From: Moniliella sp. 'wahieum'
Taxonomy: Eukaryota
Direction: 5' to 3'
DNA: 64,000 bases
Assembly (NCBI GenBank): GCA_003971905.1
Contig: RSEE01000009.1
Location: 372,001 to 436,000, forward strand
The notes under the pieces were generated by a model that saw only the letters and a list, made by a program, of their open reading frames with translations, had not been told where the DNA came from and made no database searches. A program made the translations under genes and the position numbers. This document shows positions 49,042 through 60,215 of the stretch, piece after piece. Every line of letters begins with the position of its first letter. Within the stretch, counting starts at the first letter, position 1.

Positions 49042-51442
49042 CTAGTCGGCTTGGCCGGCACTGGCGTCGACAGCCAAGCGACAACGATGAATCTCTGTGC
49101 GGAAGAGCCGGTAGAGGGGGAAGACCTTGGATCCGTGACCGAGGGTTGCCTCACAAAACGCCATATTGCTGACAGCCTCGCGTTTGCGCCAGGTGCCCTT
49201 GCGCATCGCCGAACTCATCTCTCCCGGGCGCGAGGTATTGGCAGCAACCATGACCACATACGCATAGGATGCCACCATCTGGCAGCAGCCCCAGATCGGC
49301 CAATGGATCGGGAGAAAGTTCAAGTCGGAAGGATTGGCTGCCTGCGCGGTGACCCGCTCAAAGGCCCGTTGTGAGTCGAGCTGGGTGAGGAGGAGGATGC
49401 TATCCGCTGCCTCCACCATGATCTGGACGCTGGATTGGAGCGACTTGGGGTCCGGTACGTACGTCCCATCTCCCTGAACCGGAGCTCCCCCTTCCAGCGG
49501 AAGGAGCAACTATCCAAGTCCAAAGGCAATCGCCGAACCAAGCACGGCGGTGGAGATGAATGCGGCTAGCATGGGCAGCGAAAGGAATCGAACAGAATTA
49601 CTTGGCGCGTTCCATGTGCATGCAGTCCGGTTTGGGAGGTGACCGTACACACGCCATCCAGCCCTGCTGCGCATCGCTGATCAAGTTCTGTAGCATGCGG
49701 TCCAGGGAGGCAAGTCGACCCAGATCGGGCGCGCCCGATGGGAACATGCTCGGACCGCGCACCGCTTCGTACATTATCGTCACCGCCGTCGAGCGAGCGC
49801 GGTACGCCGCATCGGCATCGTCTGCGTCTTTTTCAAATCCCACATCCACGCCCCATCAATACGGACCGCCTGTTGCTCGGAAGGAAGGAACTGCCGTTCC
49901 ATCCGCCCCGACGTCGAAATGTGCATCATCACGTCGGCGGCGAAAAAGTCGGCCCAAAGGCGACGGGCAGTCAGGTCCATCCCCGTCCGATGAGCCCAGA
50001 TGGCAAATTCCCCTTGCTCATTTGGGTCGTCGAGCTGAGTCAAACGACAAGCGAGGGCAAGTTCGAGGAACCGTGCCATGCATTGTTCCGCCTCTGCAAG
50101 CGAGTGTCGGCCGTAATGTCCGTATGCCAGGACGAGTGTGCAAGCAAGCACATCTAGCGCTTGTCAGGGAGAGTGAAGAGCAGCCCCCATTGTGGGCTCT
50201 GTACCAACCGACTCCATTGCCCATGTGCCAAAATAAGGGCTTTTTGGTCTCCGGTGCTTCGGCACCGAGGACACAGTTATGGCCCATAAACGCAATGGCC
50301 AGCGTAGACAATCCACGCTCCTCCCACTCCAGAAAGTCAGACTGAGAGCCAAAGATGGGGAGGGAAAGAGCAAAACTGCTGAAAAAACGGTCGATTCTAA
50401 TAAGGGCACATGAGTAAGTGCGCGTCCGCAATACCAAGGGAACAAACAGAAGACAAAGACATACCCTGTACTGGTCTCGTCATCTGATCCGATCTGCAGA
50501 GCCTGAGGGGTAGAGAGCTCCGACAGCGAGGATGCGTTCGTGCAGTGCTTTGAGAGGGTTAGACTGTGAGGCAGCGCGGCCGGAATCCGTTTCCTCTGCT
50601 GATGGTGAGGTAAGTGGTGTAGACGGTTGCAGTTGCGTCTGGCAACTCTCTGCCGTCCCTTGGGATAAAGTGGAAAGAACGGACAAACCAAGATCGTGGC
50701 TTGTTCTCGTGCTGGATGGCCCAACATCGGCGATTCGCTCTCTTTCCTCCATGTGCTGGAGGAAGCGCTTCCAGGAGAAGGTCCATTTTCGTTTCCTGGC
50801 GCAGTGGCGGGGAAGAGAGCATGGAGGGAACGCCCGTCCTGGCATCTGGGACGGCCAGAGAAGAGAATGTGTCGGGGGTAGGCCAAAACAGAGACTGGAG
50901 CAGGTCCACTTGGGGTTGGCCTCCATCCAGCGGGTAGCTGGGGCCAAGGAGCCAGCAGGGGCGGTACCGACTTCCGTAAGAGTGTAGAAAGGGCCGTTAG
51001 CTCCCATTCCCGCCAAGGCTTGTCCGTCTGGAGCAACTCTGATCCACTCATGACAGGGTTAGGGGTGGATGTCACGGGCGGGCTGAGGTCTGGCGTGGTC
51101 GAGGTCGCTGTCCTGGAAGTGAAGCCGATTAAGGGGGGAAGCGCAGGAGGCCTTGCGGGGTACACTGGCTGATGCGTCTTCCAGAGGAGATGGAGACGGG
51201 GCGTTTGCGTGGTCGGCCCGTCCGAGAGCAAGGCTTCCACGTGCAGGTAATCCGTGCTGAGCACAACGCGGACACGGCGTCTCAGCCGGGATGGCGGGCT
51301 GGCCTTGCCGGACGCTCTTGTTGCACGGCAGAACAGCACATCGGGCGGGATCAGGCCAATGCAGCGCATTTTGGCAGCTCGGCAGGGGAGGCAGCCAAGG
51401 CGCCCGGACAGGGCCAGAGCTACTGACGGGGGATGGGTCCAT
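49042..51442 (-). CDS. Zn(II)2Cys6 fungal transcription factor; multi-exon, frameshifted
   Basis: GCLPCRAAKMRC...PCPRCAQHGLP(C)TWKPCSRTGRPRKRP, reconstructed across frameshifts. A helical C-terminal region (ARRLWADFFAADVMMHIS, LPIHWPIWGCCQMVASYA) runs to the stop at 49042. Confidence 0.75.
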
Positions 51443-52225
51443 AGTGCCAAAGAGGTGACGGGCGGTTGTGGTGTGGTGGGGTTGGAAGGAGGGAGAACCA
51501 AGTGCGAGGCGTCGCTTTCTGCGTGGGTTGTGGTTAGGTTGGAAACCCTTTGCCTAGGCAAGCGTGACGCGTGACTCCGGCTCGGCCATTTTATCTTGCT
51601 TTGCCCAAAAGTGCCCGAGACATGCCTGGACGATAGAAGATCGATGATAGGTGCCGGCGGTGGGTGATCCGTGATCGACGGGGATGATTTTGAGTACCAG
51701 TAGTACGATGAGTCGATGAGGCTGATCAGGTGAAGGAGGTTGCAGCTGGCCCATACCACAGATCTCCGAAGACGTGGCCGATCTGGTCCTTGAGCTGGAC
51801 GCGGCCATGGTTTGGTATGGCCCTCTGACTTTTTCTACTGTGCACCTCCTCTTCTTCAGAGGCTCTGGCTACTGAGTTTAAGCGCGCCACTGAGTAACTA
51901 GAACCACCACTCATGAAGGACCATTTATTATCAACTCCCGTGGCGGCCGTCCCCACCAGCTTGCTCTTCTTCTGGCCTCGGGTATCTTTCTGAGAGACGC
52001 TGCTAGCTGAGACTATGGCAAGGTCAATGCCATTGACTAGACATTGGTACAATTACACGGGCATGCACGGCCCGTTCACGGAGCCACCTTGATTTTTGGT
52101 AACGGCTTGGTTGCGGCGTTGAGGGTTAGATGTTCGGGGTGGGCTTGGCCTGGCCAAAGAGGCACGCGGCCGAGAGATGAAGACAAAGTTAGAACGGTTG
52201 TAGAGAGTGGGGTTGAAGGGAAATC

Positions 52226-53930
52226 TCAGGCACTGTGCTTGCTCTTCTTTTCTTCTCGCTTTTACTCTCGTCCCCATCCTCACCGGCAGCACGCTTCTTG
52301 GCCTTCTTGGCCGCCTTGCGCTCCTCCTGGAAAGCTTCTTGCTCTCATCCGCCTCGGAAGTTGCCATAGAGACGTCGCCTTCCTTAGCGGCCTTCTTAGC
52401 GGCCTTCTTGGCGGCCTTGCGCTCCTCTTTGGAAAGTTCATTCTTCTCTTCCCCTGACGTGGTCGTGACAGGAGCATCAACACCCGCATTGTACGTCCGT
52501 GGGGCAGAGGCAAGTTCGGGCTGGTAAGCATTCTGCTTTGCTGCTCCGAAGGATCGGTCCTTCTTGAGAGCACCCGAAAAGTTCCCACTTTCCAGCGCGT
52601 GGAGTCGGTGCTCCAAAAGTTGCGCGCCTCAATACCGATCGAGGCGTGACCAGTGTTGTCGTTGCCTGTGGACGTAGCATGAGCTTCGTCCGTCTGGTCG
52701 TCGGCCAGAGCATCAAGGCGACCGAAAGGGCCGTCTTGGTTGCCACCATCCGCGCCATCTTGCCCTTCAGCTTGTTGGGTGCTTGCCCAACGAGCGAGGC
52801 ATGGTACAACAGACCGTACTTGGGCGTATCGTGCTTTGTCTTGAGCGCACGGAAGAGAGCCTTCTCAGCACCAAGAATCTGAATCGTTGAAGCCGGCGCC
52901 TTGGCCAAGTTCATCAGCGATCCCGCATGTGAGATGAGACGTGCCCCACCAGCTCGCCAACAAGCGCGGTGAGGTTGGGTGCAATGTGCGACATGCGTTG
53001 CTGGAGGTAGCTGTACAGTTGTGCACGGTAGGCCGAGATGTTGATCACCTGCTCGGCAAGTTCTTGGATGTGCGCCAGATCCGAGTCGGAAATTTCCGTG
53101 CCCATCGAGATCTCGGCAGCGGCCTTGAGCGTTTCCTCAATCTCCGTGGGCAGGATCTCAGAAAAGTCAGTCGAGTGCGCGTTGGTTCGGAATCCCATGG
53201 CGCGGATCGCCTTGGCGTAGGCTACATTGTCGTTTACAATTTTGCCCATTTCAGGGAAATGCCAGCCGTACCACTCCTTGACACGCATGGCGTAAATGTT
53301 GACTTCCTTGTCCAAGTCGTCCAGCAGGCCAATGGCCTGCACAATCATCGTGTCCACCTTGTCCGGGCTAAACTTGAGCTTGTAGCGAGACAGACTGTGG
53401 GACAGACCGAGCGCCATAGTCGAGATGTCCCGAGCGTCGACGGTGCCCGATCCATCGGCGGCACCCGAGGCCGACAGGAGGCCAGCAAGGTGCTCCCGAA
53501 TGCCACGGTACAGGTCCATTACGGATGAGTCCGAGTAGACATCGATACCTACCTTCTTGCTGATTGCACCACCCAGCTTGGGGTCAATCACCACAAGCTG
53601 CTCCGGCCCACCCTTGGCCGCCTTGTCCTTGATCTCGGCGGTGAGGAACTTCTTGAGCGACTTGGACACCTTGCCCTCGCCAATATCAGAGGCATCCTGC
53701 ACCGCTTCGGCAGTGGAGGTGAAGCGGTGAATGGCCTGGAGCTTAATCAGGCTCGCAACATCGTCGGCCGACTTGAGTTTCTTGGCCAGGTCACCATTCT
53801 TGATTGCCGATGTGGGGGCGAGCTGGAAAAGGCAGAAGCCCACTGGAGAGACGAGGGGAAGCGTCAGTGGTTGCACACTTTTACATTCCGGTAGCTACGC
53901 ACCAGCCGTCTCGAAGAGGACGAGAACCAT
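52226..53930 (-). CDS. NOP58: Box C/D snoRNP protein Nop58; intron 53843-53902; frameshifted
   Basis: [70 protein letters not shown] and [44 protein letters not shown], with a KKE-rich tail. Confidence 0.97.
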
Positions 53931-54918
53931 AGTGGCCAAGGAGAACGCCGGTGACGATGTCGAAGGGAGAGAGCAAGGTACGCTACCAGACCGCCCACCT
54001 ATCCACTTCCCACCAGAAAAAAAACGGGAGGAAATTTATCTTGTGCTTCCGCTCCCTGGGGGGATTCCGCTGATGCCACCCATATTACGTCAGGGTGACC
54101 GGTGACGTCAGGTGACGCCTGAGACGACTGAGGTGGGCACCCCACGGCTTTCAGCGCCGCCCCAAGTGGGCGCCAAGAGAGAACAGGTGGCTGGCTGTCT
54201 ATTCAGTTGAATATGAAGCAGCCTCGTTTCCCACACGTTCTACTACAAAGTTGCGGGGGATGGTGGGAACCATCCTATTTCTCCTGCCCTCTGTCGGCAG
54301 TTGGAGCCAGAAACCGCCCATGGGCGGATGGGGGTCTTTCTACACCACCCCCTTGCCTCATCGACACTGCAACCAGGTGTTCTCGTCAGGGCTGTTCTCC
54401 CCCTCCAGCCAGCGCCACTGCAATGCATTACATTTGATGTTCTGCTCACTTTAAAAAGCCGTTATGGCCGTGTGCACTGGCACCACAGTGTGCTATACAT
54501 TATCGGAGTTGAGCCAAGGGTCATCCCCTTGGCGTCACAGCGCCGTGCGACACACGGATCGTGTCATGACAGGGATGCACCTAGCCCGTTGTTATCGCGA
54601 TTGACTTGGCCCGCTCGCCTACTATGAAGATAAAGGCGGGGGGAACGAAAGCGGATAAGGCTAACAGTTGGCTCAGAGGGGCATCGACTCGGACACAAGA
54701 TCGCCCCCAAGCCCATCAATTACACCAAAGGAGAACCATATTTCCTTGTTGCGCGGTAGCTCGCGCCGTTCTCTTCCCTGCCTCTGACAAGCAATCCTGG
54801 TGAGCAACTACACGCTTTTAGATATCTTCCCGGAGGAGGAGGAGGCTCTACCTGCCTTCCTGCCTTCTGTAGACGAGCTGGTGGGTTTGGGAAATTTTCG
54901 GAAGAAGGAGGCAGTGAA

Positions 54919-56113
54919 TCAAGATCGGTCCGCGGGGCTTCTTTGTGGCCTTGATTGATCGCAGGTCAATACCACGGGGAACCGGTAGAGGCGCTGGGTC
55001 TCCTGAGCATCCTTTTCATCCACCTTCACAGGAAACGAACCCGGTTCCGGTGGAGGGCACCGGTACACGTCCCGCTCGACAAAGGTTGCTTCCTTCGTCG
55101 GTCACGAGGAACAAGAAGCACTGTCGATACGCGTGTTGCGTACCATTTCCGCTGCTCCTCCTCGTCCACTGTTCCAGGGGGTCATGAACATGGGCCGTAC
55201 ACATACGCTGGCATGCAATTCATGTCTGGCCTCAGGGCGAACGGGAAAGTAATTTGGTGGAGGGGCGTCGGGACCAATATGATCTGGGTGAGCCGTATCC
55301 ATCACCCGGAATGTTTTCTCGATTATTTGTTCCTCTGTCAAGGGGCATGCCAAGGCACTTTGTAATGCCTCTTGCCCAATGAGGACTTTGCGCCAAGGGT
55401 CATCGAGGGTGGAATTGCTCATCCCTGATACTTGGGTCGTAGAACTGTCGGTAGCGAGTATCCTCCCCCCTTCGGGTAAGAGCGTATGGGTAGGGTACGG
55501 ATGTCTTCCCTCCCCATGCTCGGCATGGCGGTTGGTCAAGTACCCCAGCACCGCCCGTCTCTGGCCTGTCTCGTCCAACTCCAACGCCCCGATCAGGAGG
55601 TTGAATCCTGCATAGTCATCCCGCTGGGGGCCAGTTCTTCCAAGTAGGCGCTCACCCTCTCTGCACCTACCATAGTAGCAGTAAGAGATGCCTCACGCTC
55701 AAGCCAGGTCTTGGCCAACATGCCCCTTGTCTTCATGCGAGGGCGACCGAGGACTTCCTCCACGTTGGTTAGGAACCCAAATGAGCCGGAGACGGTGGCG
55801 CCAAACCAAGTCCCGCCCCCGCCTTCTTGGGCATCGAGACCACTGACTACGCGGAGGTTCTGGCTCGGAAAGGACGCAGAGAACGATGCCGGTGAAACTC
55901 GCTTGTGTGGCTTGGTGCGATTGCTTGACCAGGAGCTCGGTGGGGGAAAGTTGTGCCAGGCAGCCTGCGTCGAGGGTCGCTCCAGCCACTCGTCCCGGTT
56001 GTCGGCGGCAATGCTAGGGAAGAAGAGTCAGGAGCACTGAGAGACAAGATTCTGGTGGAGAAAACGCACAGAGCATAGTCGGGATGGCTCGTTGAGAAGA
56101 GCAGGATGCACAT
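54919..56113 (-). CDS. TANGO2 / NRDE (DUF833) family protein; intron after MCILLFSTSHPDYAL; frameshifted
   Basis: MCILLF...IAADNRDEWLERPSTQAAWH, GGTWFG...FGFLTNV, YAGFNLLIG, GMSNSTLDDPWRKV and WYATRVSTVLLV. Confidence 0.88.
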
Positions 56114-56355
56114 GGTGGTGGCCGCCTCCTGTGGGGTACGCTGCTTGCCTGCATTGCCGCCCAAGTCTGAGTGTACTGAATCCTGAATCCAGCCTTCAAT
56201 ATCCAGTGCAACGTAACGATTGAAATTAACCCCACAGGGCTCGTGAGTTGAAATGTACAAAGTGCAAGGGGCAGACAGAGCATACGGTGGGCCGACGGCA
56301 GTGGCAGCGCGCGGTGCAAAGCAAGGACTCCACCACCTCTTCTATCCCAGCCAGC

Positions 56356-58396
56356 ATGCTGGCCCTGGCCCTGGTCCTGATCGGCCTCGCCTTGCTGGCG
56401 TCTGTGCTGGTCGTCGGTTTCCTCTTTCACATTGTCCTCGTCGGCTCCCGTCGCACCACCAGGCCCGGCTCCACACAGCGCTCGCCGCCGTTGTGGTGCT
56501 GGGCGACATTGGGCGCAGTCCGCGGATGTGCTACCACGTCTCGTCACTTGCCTCGCACGGGTGGAAGGTATCAGTGGTGGCGTATGCGGGCGTTGGTTTG
56601 CCCCCCACACTACGCAGGGCGAACATCAAGCACTACCCTCTTCTACCACCCCCCGGATGGATCACCCGTCTGCCCAAAGTCCTTTTCGTGCTCGCTGCCC
56701 CCTTTAAGCTGGCTTGGCAGACTTGGGGTCTCTTTTCTGCGTTGGCCGTGTACAGTAACCCACCTCCCGAGGTGATATTGGTGCAAAATCCGCCTGCCCT
56801 ACCAACCCTCTTTGTTGTCCAATTCGTTGCTATCCTTCTTGGCTCCCGGATCATTATCGACTGGCACAACCTAGGGTACACCATTCTTGGTCTACGTCTC
56901 GGCGCCTCATCTCCGCTTGTCAAATTTGCTGCGCTCCTCGAGCGAATTGGGGGCACATTTGCTTTTGCTCACTTGTTTGTCACCCGGGCCATGCGCGATC
57001 ACTTGCGTCAGGATTGGCATTTGCGCGGGCACTCTCGCGTCCTCTATGATCGTCCTCCCTCGAATTTCCACAGGGCTACCGTCGATGAGACCCACCATCT
57101 CTTTTTATCACTTTCAGAGCGACTGAGTCGGCCCATGCCTGGTACCTTGGCCTTGTCCCGCACGGCCAGCGAACAATCCCTCCCTCAAGCTGAGAAACAG
57201 TCTCTGTCAGCGGGCATGTCGGCCTTCTGGCCTGCTTACTCGTCCTTCTTCTACCCCCTTTACCCGGCGCAGAAGCAGTAGTATCGAAAATCACCCCCTC
57301 TCTGTTACTCCTTCAAGCAGGCCCAGTCAGGGTGGGGAAGAGGAACGTTTGGTTGTACCTACTCTACCCATACGTCGATCCAGCTCACCTTCTCTCTCCG
57401 GGAGAAGGCATGCCAACCTGCGCCCTGCGACCCCGAGCGAGACGGATGTTCACGGAAGAGAGGAAGACCAGGTGGTTCTCCGCAACGATCGTCCTGCTTT
57501 AGCTGTGAGCTCAACAAGCTGGACCGCAGATGAGGACTTTGACATGCTGCTCGCCGCGGTTGATGCATACGAGAAGCAGGCTCGGCACGCCAATTCTTCC
57601 GCCTCCTCTTCCCTCCGTCTGCCTCGGCTGTTGGTCGTCGTGACGGGGAAGGGAGATTTAAGGGCACACTACGAACGCTTGATTGACCTCCGCGAACATC
57701 AAGAACAGTATCGATGGGTCCGGATTCGCACCGCGTGGCTTGAGCCGGAAGAGTATCCCATACTTCTTGGTACGTCCCGCGCCATCTAATTGGAAGGAAG
57801 GCTAACTCGTTTCAGGATCGGCCGACATTGGTATTTCGTTGCACAGCTCCTCGTCCGGGCTGGATTTGCCGATGAAGGTGGTAGATATGCTTGGGTGTGG
57901 GTTGCCGGTGCTCGCACTTGATTTTCCGTGCTTGGACGAGCTGGTGCAAGAAGGGCGGAACGGGATCAAGTTTTCCAACGCTGCAGGGCTGAGCGACGCT
58001 GGTATCAGTCCTAGCAGGGTTCCCTCAATCAGACTCCAACTCACTCCGCGCAGGAATCACCATGGGTGGTGCTTTCCCCGCAGCACACGAGGGTGCGATA
58101 CCTGGGACACTAATTGGGATGCGGTGGTGCTGCCTCTGCTGGATGCCAAGGTGGAAGAAGCGGCAGTGCCTGTATCAGAGGTCATGCAGGACTCGGACCC
58201 AAGCGTGGAGCAACTGGACATTCCCCTCACCCCGACACAGGGCACATCTGCGACTTACAACCGGACAGGAAAGCTGCGTCGGCGCAGCGGGTGGGACGCA
58301 GCCACAACGGGCTCTTCCCCGGTTGGGGCCCCGACAACGAACAAGCCTGGAGCGATGCTCCACGGATTAACGTGGGGAAGAGGACAACGTAGGTAA
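56356..58396 (+). CDS. ALG1: Chitobiosyldiphosphodolichol beta-1,4-mannosyltransferase; intron 57770-57815; frameshifted
   Basis: N-terminal TM segment, VVVLGDIGRSPRMCYH, LVQNPPALPTL, IIDWHNLGYTIL, VSSTSWTADEDF and ADIGISLHSSSSGLDLPMKVVDMLGCGLPV. Confidence 0.96.
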
Positions 58397-58717
58397 TCAT
58401 GGTGCAAATTGGCACCTGACTGCTGCCACCGAGGACAGTCTAATCATTTTCTGGTTTGGAAAGGTCACCGTGGAGGCCACCGAAAGCTGCCATCCGTCGC
58501 CACATAGAAATGATGAAGAGAGATTACGTCATCGCGGGCCCCAACCCAACCCCAATCTTAATCACCCACATGTGGGGTTCCAACCCACTCAGTACTCACC
58601 ACACCAATCGCCCTCGGTTACTTGCTATTTCGCACGCTGCTGGCCGGTCCACTCATTCCGTCCTTTCCTCGCTGCTGATCTCTGCCCCGAACCGGCCGCA
58701 TCAGACCAGTCCGCTGC

Positions 58718-59530
58718 ATGCCGCTCCCTGTACATTCGGTGCTATTCGACATTGGTGGCGTCGTCTTGGGAAGTCCCATCCACGGCGCTACCGATGTGGA
58801 GCGGCAACTAGGCCTTCCACCTGACTGGATCGGGGTCGCCATCGGTTCGCGTGGGGCCAGCGGTGTGTGGGCTCGATTGGAGCGCGGGGAACTGAGACTG
58901 CCCGAAGCATATGGCCTGTTGGAGGAAGAACTGAACGACGTTCCGTTCATCCGGGCTGCGTATCAAGCCTATCTGGCCCGTCGAGGGCAGACGCAGACGC
59001 AAGGGATCGCAGCAGAGACGTTTCAACCCGTGTACATCAACGCGCGCGAGCTGTAGGTAGCATGATGCGCGTGCAGGGACACCTAATCACGGATGCTGGG
59101 TGCGATCCGGCGTCTGCGCCAAGCTGGACTGCACGTTGCCGCCTTAACCAACACCTTCCTCCCACCTGCCAACGAGACTGAGGCGCAGCACATTGGCGTT
59201 TCGCTTGCCCGCACAGCCCAGCTGAAGAAGGAATTCGAGTGGTGGTTTGACTCGGCAGAGCTAGGCATGCGCAAGCCGGAAGAACGGTTCTACGCGCATG
59301 CGCTGCAAACACTCCAAGGTGATCCAGTGGACACGGTACTACTGGATGACATTGGAGCCAACTTGAAGCCTGCACGGCGGATGGGAATGCAGACCATCCT
59401 CGTCGACTCGTCTAACCTGACGGCGGCGCTAGCCAAGTTGGAAACGCTGACAGGCGTGAACCTGGGCTTGGACGAGGAGGATAACATACCTGTTCGGCCA
59501 ACGTCAGTCCCTCTGCAACTCGAGATTGTG
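58718..59530 (+). CDS. HAD-superfamily hydrolase (epoxide hydrolase N-terminal / ACAD10-like phosphatase); frameshifted; 3' end approximate
   Basis: VLFDIGGVVLGSP (motif I), VAALTNTF (II), SAELGMRKPEERFY (III) and VLLDDIGANLKPARRMGMQTILV (IV). Confidence 0.88.
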
Positions 59531-60215
59531 AGGCCGTGGCTAGCTCAAGCGCAGCTCCCTCGGTTCCCTCCCCGGGCATGCTTCCCAGAGGATCATATTT
59601 CTGGAAGGGTCGAAATATTCTCTAGCCTCTGTGCCCGTGTAAACAATGCAATTGACTCCCAACGCTGGCTTTCTACGCAACACGTAATGGGGGGGAGCAC
59701 ATGGCCAAGGCAAGGGGGCACAAGGGTGGTCGGATGCGGTGCAGTCATGCCATACACCAGCAAGGTGTGAGTGATGTAGGATGATCATGCATCAGATGCA
59801 CAGAGACGGGGAGCGCGCATGCGCGGCAGATGCTGACACTGCCCCCACGCGAGGTGTTGCTCTCTCTGTGGGTGCGGCAGGGGACGAGTGTGCAGCAGTG
59901 CTGCGCCGTGCTGCATCTGCATCACTCTCATGACCAAGTGGCTGGTGACCGGTGATGCAGATGCATGATGGCAGAGCACCGCAGAGCACCGTCCGTGCCT
60001 GCTTTTTTTCAGCGCTACACACGCTGTCTGATGCACATTCAGGCGGTCAGCTTCAGGCCCCTCAGGCCTCGTGCCGGCCCCAGGACTTCAAGCCCTAGGA
60101 CGTCAACCTCAATTCAACACATCGAGGCTGGCCGACACGCCAGCTGCCCCTCCCCCTCCCACCAGCACCCCCAATACCCCCACCCGCGTCCCCGTCCATA
60201 CCCGCCTCCCCTTCC

